A stretch of 64,000 bases of DNA from Escherichia phage 4E8. The translations under genes and the position numbers were made by a program. Shown one piece after another: positions 56,114-64,000 of this stretch. Positions within the stretch are counted from its first letter, which is position 1; each line of letters opens with the position of its first letter. The notes below the pieces were generated by a model that saw nothing but the letters and a program-made list of their open reading frames with translations, was not told the DNA's origin and made no database searches. The DNA lies in sequence record OQ689734.1. One strand, given 5' to 3'.

Positions 56114-58147
56114 TTAGTGTTTACCTTTACAGTAATCTGAATTACAGATCACCCTGTTTTCTTTGTTCAGTGAGCAAGTTTCTGCATCACGCCACGGAAT
56201 TTGTTTATAACAGACTGCACAAAACCCAATTGAAGTCCAGAGGGCTTTTGTAAACTCAGCTGTTCGTTGTCCATCGTAACTGACAACTGTTTTTCGGAGA
56301 GAGGTTGACTTTTCTGGAAATGTCTCCGCTTTCTCAGCGGGTACCTCCTTTGGGGCATTCTTTGGACCATAAACAGAGATGGCATAAGTATCACCACCAC
56401 GTTTTTCCAAATACGAATTAGGAACATCTGCAAGTGTGATGTCCCCTGAACGTTTTGCTGAGCTGACCATTACAATCATACGGCTAAGCATACGTTCATC
56501 AACACGAACAGCTACTTCAGGACGACGTGGGTTGGTTGTGTCTACTGCTTTAGTCCAAATATAACCTTCAGATAGAGTAACATTCTTTACTTTATCTTTG
56601 ATTTCTTTGGAGCAGATATAACAAACGTCTTCACCACGAAGTTTACTCATTTCATTGTCAAACTCGAAATCAGTCTTGACTTCACCACAGATAGCACATA
56701 CACCCAAAGGCACATCTTCTTCCTCTTCAGAGGTTTTAGATAACGCTTCGAAGCATTCTGGATGCCAGTATGCCTGATAAGCAAACACAGCCTTACGAGC
56801 ATCTTTCCAGTCAATGTGCTTATCACAACCACCACAGTCACCATGAGAGTGAGATTCCCAGAACTTACGAGTGACTTCTACACCATTCTTAGTGATGAAG
56901 GAGTCCTCTGCATCAAAAGGGATATCATCATCAAAATCAGCAGTAGTGCTTTGAGGCTCCTTATCTGTAGCATCAACAAACAGCCCTGAAGTTAGTACGA
57001 GGCGAATCATACTGTCCACTTCGGAGATACAAGCAATCGTCCCGCGATATACTACCTTTGGGTTTTCAAGAGCCTTAAGATATTCATCTTTGGCTACGTT
57101 GTGAACATCCCCTTCGACATACTCTTGAGCTTTATCATCGTAGATGTAACCAACCATCTTACCACGATCTGTGTTGTTATAAGCATGGAACTCGTGAGGA
57201 ATAATATCCACACGACCATCACGACGATAAGGAAGACCACGATCGGCAGCCAGTTTGTTCTGGTCTTCAATCGCTTTACGACGACGAATGTCTCCGCTTG
57301 TCACGCCGGGCTTGTCGTCTTTGTTTCCGTAAATGTCGCTTGTGCTGCTGCTTGATTTGTTTGTCTGTTGGTTCTGATAAAGAGAGGAGTTCGAGTAATA
57401 GCCGCCCCAGCGACTCGTTACCGTAAAAACCGGAAGCGTGTGCTCCACCTCTTGAACCAGAGTCATACGACTGTTAGACACATCAAAGATATACTCAGTT
57501 CCCACTTTACATTCGAAGTGGTCATTGATACGGTTCTTATGGGACTTAGAACGCTCTAAAATCCACATAAGCATAGCTTCTTCAGAAGCTCCAAACCAAT
57601 CCAAACCACAGCGGGCTAGGTGGAAAGGACGCTCATCATTACGGATAATGTGAAGTGTGTTGTCTTTAGCATCATGCCAAATCAAAGTGAATGCACCATC
57701 CAGTTTTTGGATAGTCTCTGCTGCTCCAATGGTGTTAATTGAGTGGCAGATGTTTTCACTATCAACTTCGAAACGCTTACTGTCAGGAAGGAGATCTTGA
57801 TCTAACAGGGTTCCATTATGAACCAGAGTAATATCCCCGTAAGTAAATGGGTGAGCATTTCGAGCATTGACAGCCCCACGAGTGGCATGTCGGCTGTGAC
57901 CAACAATCCACGAAGGAGGAACTACGTAGTTCGTAAGCCCTTTGGTAATATTTGTATATTCTGTCTGGAGCATAAAAGCATAAGAAGGAAGAGCTTCTTT
58001 ATAAGAGAAGACTTGCTTTTCACCTTTACGCTGACCAAACACACCAGTTGAGTGCTGTCCACGGAAAACACCAGCATACAGAAGTTGGTTGAAAATGTCC
58101 AAATCTGCTGAGGTCATGTTGCCGCCAGCTAATACGATACCACAAAT
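56114..58147 (-). CDS. class-II (Ntn) glutamine amidotransferase domain protein with Cys-rich C-terminal region; predicted AUU start
   Basis: reading upstream of the annotated ATG gives K-I-C-G-I-V-L-A-G-G-N-M...FRGQHSTGVF, the PurF/GlmS-type N-terminus (CGIVG...RGQDxxG) plus GHSRHATRG...NAHPF; ATT at 58145..58147 lies 8 nt after AGGTGG. Confidence 0.65.
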   Translation of the reverse strand: MCGIVLAGGNMTSADLDIFNQLLYAGVFRGQHSTGVFGQRKGEKQVFSYKEALPSYAFMLQTEYTNITKGLTNYVVPPSWIVGHSRHATRGAVNARNAHPFTYGDITLVHNGTLLDQDLLPDSKRFEVDSENICHSINTIGAAETIQKLDGAFTLIWHDAKDNTLHIIRNDERPFHLARCGLDWFGASEEAMLMWILERSKSHKNRINDHFECKVGTEYIFDVSNSRMTLVQEVEHTLPVFTVTSRWGGYYSNSSLYQNQQTNKSSSSTSDIYGNKDDKPGVTSGDIRRRKAIEDQNKLAADRGLPYRRDGRVDIIPHEFHAYNNTDRGKMVGYIYDDKAQEYVEGDVHNVAKDEYLKALENPKVVYRGTIACISEVDSMIRLVLTSGLFVDATDKEPQSTTADFDDDIPFDAEDSFITKNGVEVTRKFWESHSHGDCGGCDKHIDWKDARKAVFAYQAYWHPECFEALSKTSEEEEDVPLGVCAICGEVKTDFEFDNEMSKLRGEDVCYICSKEIKDKVKNVTLSEGYIWTKAVDTTNPRRPEVAVRVDERMLSRMIVMVSSAKRSGDITLADVPNSYLEKRGGDTYAISVYGPKNAPKEVPAEKAETFPEKSTSLRKTVVSYDGQRTAEFTKALWTSIGFCAVCYKQIPWRDAETCSLNKENRVICNSDYCKGKH

Positions 58148-58224
58148 TTTCTAATCCACCTGAAGGGTAAACCCTTTCATCTAATTAACCTTTAAATGCG
58201 CCCTGTATAAGAGCGCCCGTTGTG

Positions 58225-59325
58225 TTACAGCAGTCGTTCTAATTGCATTTCCAGATGGTCTGGAATATAACCAGTGACGTTATCATCACTGCTACCTGAT
58301 TCACGCATCAATGCAAACATGTGACGAATTTCACGAACCGTTGCGATTCGAGTGCTTTCAATCTGAGGGGTGTAGTAGGTCATGATCTCTTCGTAGACAC
58401 TGTTGGCATTACCGCGCACATATCCCAAGAAACCATAGAAGTCATTCATATCACGTAAGTTGATAAGGACTTCACCATCAGGGCCAGTCTGTTGCACACG
58501 AACACGACCAACCAAAGTTACAGATTGCTCACGACAGAAGAGAATATCACGAGCAAGACGATACCCTTCAGTGAGATCACTGTCTCTTGGAGTATAGTCT
58601 AGGGGTAGATGTTGAATCATAGGAGCGAAGCGCAGCTCATTCAACTTCTCAACATAAGCTTCATTGTCTAAATCTGCATATTCAACAGCCAGTTTCTTGA
58701 GAACCAAGAAGCGGTTGACCAGATTCAGAAGTTGGCTCTTTTTCCACTTCGGCTCTGAGATACGGAACTCAACAGAACCAAATTGAGATAGAGGCAAAAG
58801 ATTAAGGGAGGTATATTTATCCCAGCTATTAACAAGAGAGTGGAAGAAAGCTTCCCCGTCTCGGTTGAACGCTGACGAAGCATTCATAACTTGTGCTTGA
58901 ACGACAGCAAAAGCTGGACAGAAGTTGCTACGATAGCGATGGTATCCAGAACATTTGAACATCATCTTTTCATAGAACGTCCATCCAAGAATAACTTTCT
59001 TAAGGATATTACTATCAGCGTCACGCATATCCATATGAACGTGAGTGGAGCAGCGCCAAGTTCCCTCGGCTCCAGAATCCTGTACTGCTTCACTCAGATT
59101 GTTAATAGCACGAAGTAATTCTTCACCGTTGTAAGGTCGTGCACATACTAATTCACAACCATCACGAAGAGAGCCATCTTCAGTACAAACCCACATATCA
59201 GCGTCAATGTCAGTTGTACCTTCGACTTCTAACTCAATACCAACACCACACTGAAAAGCAATACTTGGATGCGGTTCAGATAAGCGAGGGTTACGGTATC
59301 CAAAAACTTGTGCTACGGTTGTCAT
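58225..59325 (-). CDS. amidoligase-like (glutamine-synthetase-fold carboxylate-amine ligase) protein
   Basis: 366 aa; GIELEVEG, EDGSLRDGCELV and CSTHVHMD resemble conserved E-x-E / DGS / HxH elements of GS-like amidoligases. Confidence 0.45.
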   Translation of the reverse strand: MTTVAQVFGYRNPRLSEPHPSIAFQCGVGIELEVEGTTDIDADMWVCTEDGSLRDGCELVCARPYNGEELLRAINNLSEAVQDSGAEGTWRCSTHVHMDMRDADSNILKKVILGWTFYEKMMFKCSGYHRYRSNFCPAFAVVQAQVMNASSAFNRDGEAFFHSLVNSWDKYTSLNLLPLSQFGSVEFRISEPKWKKSQLLNLVNRFLVLKKLAVEYADLDNEAYVEKLNELRFAPMIQHLPLDYTPRDSDLTEGYRLARDILFCREQSVTLVGRVRVQQTGPDGEVLINLRDMNDFYGFLGYVRGNANSVYEEIMTYYTPQIESTRIATVREIRHMFALMRESGSSDDNVTGYIPDHLEMQLERLL

Positions 59326-59948
59326 AATGATTCCACCAACTCTACATTATATGATGACAGGTCTGAAGAAATATGCTTGAACTTCTCCAGAAGGTTTAAA
59401 GATTGACGACCATTGTCGCCATAACCAGCTTCAAGAAGCACGTTTCCAACGTAAGCCCCTTTGTAATAAACTTTTCCATCGACAGGATTGATATAGATGA
59501 AACGAGTAACCAACCCTTCAAACTCTGGATTAAACAGGTTGTACACCAAATCACCCGGAATCGAACGTCCGAGAGAAGGTGGAGTACCACGAAGTTTATT
59601 CCCCATCAAGCCTTTAGCTCGCTGACGAACAGGGTTGATATGGGTCCAGCTCACCATGTTATTGCCATGCTGAAGGTATCCTACATCTGGAGACTCCAGA
59701 ATGAGGCTGTGATCAAACACTGGGATATTACTAACAATCTGACGTTCAAACTGACCTTCGGAGTTTTTAGTCCAGCGCTCCGCCTCAAACACTAAAGACA
59801 TTTCAGCGTCGTGTGAGTAGTCGTCGATATCAAAGTTACCTTGCTGACGAACATCAAGCACATATAGAGGGAGGTTTTTACCATCAGGTGATCGCTGAGC
59901 AATCCATGTTCCACAATAATAGTGTTGAAAATCTCTTAACAAGCTCAC
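59322..59948 (-). CDS. hypothetical protein
   Basis: 208 aa ORF, 4-nt overlap with the downstream gene. Confidence 0.4.
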   Translation of the reverse strand: MSLLRDFQHYYCGTWIAQRSPDGKNLPLYVLDVRQQGNFDIDDYSHDAEMSLVFEAERWTKNSEGQFERQIVSNIPVFDHSLILESPDVGYLQHGNNMVSWTHINPVRQRAKGLMGNKLRGTPPSLGRSIPGDLVYNLFNPEFEGLVTRFIYINPVDGKVYYKGAYVGNVLLEAGYGDNGRQSLNLLEKFKHISSDLSSYNVELVESL

Positions 59949-59957
59949 AATATCACC

Positions 59958-60764
59958 TTATACAATCTGGAGTTTAGAGGAGAATTTATCCGCTTCTTTA
60001 ACATCGTTACTGTTGATGATGTTGTGAAGCTTTTCAATTGGAAGGCGAGAGTGAAGTGACATCAATACTTCCATATCACAGCCTTGAACAACCTTATCAA
60101 CTTGCTCATAAACAAACTTGCGGGTTGACTTCTCGCCAATCCAGAAGTTAGAAAGAGAACGATATTCAATACCGTAATCTTTGTAGCGAATGGCAGAAGC
60201 CTTTCCGTACAACTCTTTACGACGAGTGTCTTTATCCATGATCACAGCTGGCAAGGACAGGAAGTAATCACACAACACACCCAACATCATTTGAGTCTGA
60301 CGACTAATTTCCAGCGTACCAGTGACGCCAAGGTGAACATGACCGCCAGCAGTACGCAGACCTTTGTCTGTCGCTACTGGTGAAGGGTTCTTTTGTCCAG
60401 TGAAGGCATTGAAATCAGGAGTACAACCAAATACAAAGGCTGACGGATGGAAAGATTCCAGCTCTTCTGAAGTGAACACATGAGAGCTAATCCCAAGTGC
60501 TGCCTCCATGCCACGTTCATTGAGAACTTTGTTAGTCAGATCAATACCGCGCTGAATGTTATCATCAAACGCTTCAAACCCTTTCTGTGGGTTAATATCA
60601 AACTCGGCCAGAACGTTATCTTCTTGAAGACGAACATCAGGAGCCAGATCAATTTTATTATCTTTAGAACAGCCCAGCTTACCAGCCACAGAGGTGATAA
60701 TACCGGAAGCAGTACGAACAAACATTTCAGGGTCAGAGCCAATAAGGAAAGCGCGCTTAGTCAT
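59958..60764 (-). CDS. hypothetical protein, possibly a second amidoligase-like enzyme
   Basis: start set to MTKRAFLIGSDPEMF; contains GSDPEMFV, QEDNVLAEF and AGGHVHLGV (weak E/HxH-type resemblance). Confidence 0.3.
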   Translation of the reverse strand: MTKRAFLIGSDPEMFVRTASGIITSVAGKLGCSKDNKIDLAPDVRLQEDNVLAEFDINPQKGFEAFDDNIQRGIDLTNKVLNERGMEAALGISSHVFTSEELESFHPSAFVFGCTPDFNAFTGQKNPSPVATDKGLRTAGGHVHLGVTGTLEISRQTQMMLGVLCDYFLSLPAVIMDKDTRRKELYGKASAIRYKDYGIEYRSLSNFWIGEKSTRKFVYEQVDKVVQGCDMEVLMSLHSRLPIEKLHNIINSNDVKEADKFSSKLQIV

Positions 60765-61707
60765 TGTAATACTCCACGAGTTCATCAAAAAGGGAAACAA
60801 CACGAGCACCAGCTTCTTCTGGTGTCATTGAGGAAGGTACTGCTTGCATCAGACGTTCGATAAAACTTCGAACAGTAATCCTGTCCATACGCTGATCTAA
60901 TACTTCTCGCTTGTGACCTGCACAAGTTGACCAGAGACGTAACCACTCACTCATACTCTCATAATGGTCAGGGTCTTGGTCACGACGACGTGCCATACGA
61001 CGGAGAACTCCATCATTATGGTTTCGTACATAACCATCTCGGTTGTCATCAACACCGAATACATTCTGAACCCATACGTTTTCAGAAAATTCATCAGTGG
61101 TGCAAATTAATGGCAGAAATGCAATTGCACTCATGTCGCCATCAAAATAAGTCGCTGCTGACTCATCGGTTGAGTCTACGTCATTACTATAACACCAGCG
61201 ACCAAAGAAGTTACGACTTAAACCAGCTAAGCGTAGAGCTAAACCGATTCGTTGTCGCTTAAGCAACTCTTCCTTGTCTTGTACGCCTTCCTGAAGGAAC
61301 TCCATTCCATTAAAATCACCATCCAAATAGCTACGGATGGTCATTAGTCCAGTAAACACCTTGTCTGCTGGATGGTTTCGAAGGTTCACGGCAATGGAGT
61401 TCACCGAAGTGACAGAGAACATATCTTTATAGCAAGACATTGAGTTAAAAATGTCTGTTGCTTCAACTAAAGCTCTTTCGATATCTTTAGCTGGCACGCC
61501 ATAAAAATTGTGAGGCCAGAAGTTAATAACTTCAATTTCTGAAGTTCTATCACGAAGGTTTGTTCGGTTACGACTTTCACCGTTAATGTCTGTAACAGAG
61601 TACATGTGCATACAGTTAAAAGTACCAAAGCAAGCTCTTCCTTTGAACACTGACTCACCGAAATCCTCTGCCGGTGTTACCGGAGCAATCGATGCGGAGA
61701 TTGACAT
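60757..61707 (-). CDS. hypothetical protein
   Basis: 316 aa ORF in the accessory cluster. Confidence 0.4.
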   Translation of the reverse strand: MSISASIAPVTPAEDFGESVFKGRACFGTFNCMHMYSVTDINGESRNRTNLRDRTSEIEVINFWPHNFYGVPAKDIERALVEATDIFNSMSCYKDMFSVTSVNSIAVNLRNHPADKVFTGLMTIRSYLDGDFNGMEFLQEGVQDKEELLKRQRIGLALRLAGLSRNFFGRWCYSNDVDSTDESAATYFDGDMSAIAFLPLICTTDEFSENVWVQNVFGVDDNRDGYVRNHNDGVLRRMARRRDQDPDHYESMSEWLRLWSTCAGHKREVLDQRMDRITVRSFIERLMQAVPSSMTPEEAGARVVSLFDELVEYYND

Positions 61708-61715
61708 ATTCGCCT

Positions 61716-62933
61716 CTATTTATTAAAGAATAATTTTTCCATAATGGTTTCCCACTCTTCTGAGGGGAGAGTTGAGAACCCGTTTCCGTGAAGCCTGTTT
61801 GTCATGCAACTAATAATATTGTACATGTTGTAGCTTCGGGTGGATTCTGTTCCATTGTTCCAATTATAACCGAAAACAATTTTATCAAAGGAGGTTTTAT
61901 CCGTAGTTACTTCTCGGATGAATTCTACTAACAGAGATTTCTCCGTAATAATCGGACGTTCCCCATCTGGCAGATTGCAATACTGAGGAAGAAGAATTGG
62001 CAAGAACATCGAATTATTCACTCGACAATCACGAACACCTTCACTGCGATAGATTAGGCTTGAGAAGTCTTCATCACGCAGGTGTCCTTCACCTTCAGTG
62101 TATTCACACTGTCGCCACTTGGTCTGGCGAGGCTCAATCATTGTACTACCAACGCCTACTGTATACAGAGACGCTTGGAAAATACATGAATCGTAATCAT
62201 TCCCTGTTAAAGCAACTTGCTCGTTGCCGAACACATCCACTGAAGAGTTAATCAGTCGGCTGAATGCAAGAGAGGCTAAAGGGGACCAACCTTTCTTATA
62301 CATCTTGTTCAACATTTCATACACAGCAGATTTTTCATCATCTGTATAGAATGTACGATTCAGCATCAGATAGAACAGAGCGCGATCAGCAGGACAACCA
62401 TCAGTACAAACACCCATGAATCCTACTTCATGCCATACCAGACATGAGTCAGAATCCTTATCCATGAATGCTTCAAAGGCTTCCATTACAGCCCTGTCAG
62501 TAACATCAGGACGGTTGTTTTCTTCTGCCCATGTTTCTACATGAGAAGGAGGACGAGGGTCTCCATTCTCCACCCCTTCGCGGAAATATTGAGTGGTAAT
62601 AGGCTTTTTATCACCATAACGTTTTACACCATAAGCGGGAAGGTGTGTACCAGAGTTCCAGATGTACTTAATTTCGGACATAGGCATCATGTTTTCGAGA
62701 ACGTTCTCTTCAGCAGTGCCTTGACGAACCATCATATTTTCACTCCACACCTTAATGCGGATATTCCAGCCGTAGTTGCTGTCATACGTGTTATAATAAT
62801 CAGGATCACCATCTTCATCTTCATCATAATCACCACCCTGATAGTAACCTGCTTTCAGGAAACCATAACAAGGAGGCCAGACGGTTACAACATCATCTGA
62901 TTCTTTCCAGCTTTGAAGTGTTACAGGGAACAT
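61716..62933 (-). CDS. hypothetical protein
   Basis: 405 aa ORF, first large gene of the accessory cluster. Confidence 0.4.
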   Translation of the reverse strand: MFPVTLQSWKESDDVVTVWPPCYGFLKAGYYQGGDYDEDEDGDPDYYNTYDSNYGWNIRIKVWSENMMVRQGTAEENVLENMMPMSEIKYIWNSGTHLPAYGVKRYGDKKPITTQYFREGVENGDPRPPSHVETWAEENNRPDVTDRAVMEAFEAFMDKDSDSCLVWHEVGFMGVCTDGCPADRALFYLMLNRTFYTDDEKSAVYEMLNKMYKKGWSPLASLAFSRLINSSVDVFGNEQVALTGNDYDSCIFQASLYTVGVGSTMIEPRQTKWRQCEYTEGEGHLRDEDFSSLIYRSEGVRDCRVNNSMFLPILLPQYCNLPDGERPIITEKSLLVEFIREVTTDKTSFDKIVFGYNWNNGTESTRSYNMYNIISCMTNRLHGNGFSTLPSEEWETIMEKLFFNK

Positions 62934-62944
62934 CTTTTACCTCT

Positions 62945-63307
62945 TTACTCTGCTACCAAAAGGCTCAGAGATTTGCGAATGTAGTCAATACTACGGAAGT
63001 TTCGATAATTCTCTTGGAAGCGCATCTTTTCAAACTCTGCTTCCTGAAGCTCTACCTCTGCTGCTTTATATCCTGATAAAGCTAAACTTACCACATCCTG
63101 AGGTAAGGTATTACGGCGGCGAATAAGATATTTATTCGCTTTTAGTTTACCTTGTGCACGAGCCATTTTGGCCTTTGCCGCCTTGATACCATGAGAAATC
63201 CAAAGCAGTTGCTGTTTCAGATCTTCCTCATCCATACCGCCTAAATCATTTGCTACTTTATGAAGCGTAGACAGGTTCACATGGCCTTTAATGGGGCGTA
63301 GGTTCAT
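62945..63307 (-). CDS. hypothetical protein
   Basis: 120 aa ORF downstream of a 400-bp intergenic region. Confidence 0.4.
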   Translation of the reverse strand: MNLRPIKGHVNLSTLHKVANDLGGMDEEDLKQQLLWISHGIKAAKAKMARAQGKLKANKYLIRRRNTLPQDVVSLALSGYKAAEVELQEAEFEKMRFQENYRNFRSIDYIRKSLSLLVAE

Positions 63308-63712
63308 AACTTCTCCTGTTTGTCACATTGATTGGTTAGCCAGTTGTAAGACCCTCTGTTATTCTTGCTTAACTCGCAAGATGCAAAAGAGTACATCCTG
63401 ACAAACCCCACAGTGGCTAAGCAAATAAAGATTGCTGCCAATAAGAATTTAGCTTTCAACTTATTATCCATACAACCTCTTCTTTGAACTTAAAAAAGGA
63501 CTCTCATAAGAGAGCCAAGCTTTAAGGCCAATTAAATAGATATCACCCAATATCTGTGGATAACCTGCTCTTAAAATATTCTATCCGACGGATGTTCGAG
63601 GATTATTCCTCTCCCTAGCATCGGCCCCATACGGGAAATATTAAATTAAGATTAGGTTAGTTGAGCCAGAATAGCTCACATAGCCCTCTGATACTCACGA
63701 GGGCTATAGATG

Positions 63713-63964
63713 TTACTCTGTGTCTCCGTCGAAGCGGAGGATTGCTGTCGGAACAGGAATAGCTGCCATGTCAAGCTCTAAACGGAAGAGATGACCTGTG
63801 CTCAACTGAACTGCTGTTACCGGCTTAGTGACACCATCAATAGAGGCAGAAGGGATTCGGATAAAGAATTCCCCCGGATATTCAACCGAACGAAACACAT
63901 CTCCCGGTGTCATATCTTTTACTTGAACAGTAGGCTCAGGAGGTGTTTTATTGGAAATTTGCAT
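63713..63964 (-). CDS. hypothetical small protein
   Basis: 83 aa ORF near the window edge. Confidence 0.35.
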   Translation of the reverse strand: MQISNKTPPEPTVQVKDMTPGDVFRSVEYPGEFFIRIPSASIDGVTKPVTAVQLSTGHLFRLELDMAAIPVPTAILRFDGDTE

Positions 63965-64000
63965 TACAAACCTTTCTTAGCACGATCTTTGGCAGTCTTG

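Noticed and set aside
63560-63712. Possible tRNA or structured RNA in the intergenic region (GTTCGAGG-like T-arm string, hairpin agccctc...gagggct)
   Set aside because: Could not fold a convincing cloverleaf by eye (no acceptor stem/anticodon arm pairing), and the hairpin has no adjacent U-tract; would need tRNAscan/Infernal to confirm absence
1-64000. CRISPR arrays, integrase/excisionase, repressor, transposase or IS elements
   Set aside because: No regularly spaced identical repeats with unique spacers and no recombinase-like ORFs seen; repeats present are short irregular motifs in the leader. A lysogeny module outside this window cannot be excluded

Overview
This window looks like a contiguous ~64 kb piece of a tailed dsDNA phage genome, probably virulent: no integrase, repressor or phage RNA polymerase was seen, but there is a phage sigma-factor-like gene. 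It has two convergent gene blocks meeting at a bidirectional terminator near 30.8 kb. The plus-strand block (0.7-30.8 kb) is morphogenesis: putative small terminase, large terminase, portal, scaffold, major capsid, tail fibres, a GH24 lysozyme, an SLT transglycosylase and large internal virion proteins. The minus-strand block (63.9 to 30.9 kb) carries replication genes (primase-helicase, separate DnaQ-like exonuclease, family A polymerase, 5'-3' exonuclease, SSB-like), nucleotide metabolism (Dcd-family deaminase, divergent ThyX, thioredoxin-like, P-loop kinase, PhoH), a Dps-like protein, two HNH endonucleases, a Dam-like methyltransferase and a spanin pair. The most notable region is a minus-strand accessory cluster at about 52.9-62.9 kb encoding a GGCT-like protein, an ATP-grasp ligase, a class-II glutamine amidotransferase that appears to start at AUU, and one or two amidoligase-like proteins; its function is unknown. 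A second strong observation is a lambda-type GGGAAAG -1 frameshift site 11 nt before the capsid stop that would fuse Ig-like domains to the capsid. All calls are from motif reading of the supplied translations; no database search was run.
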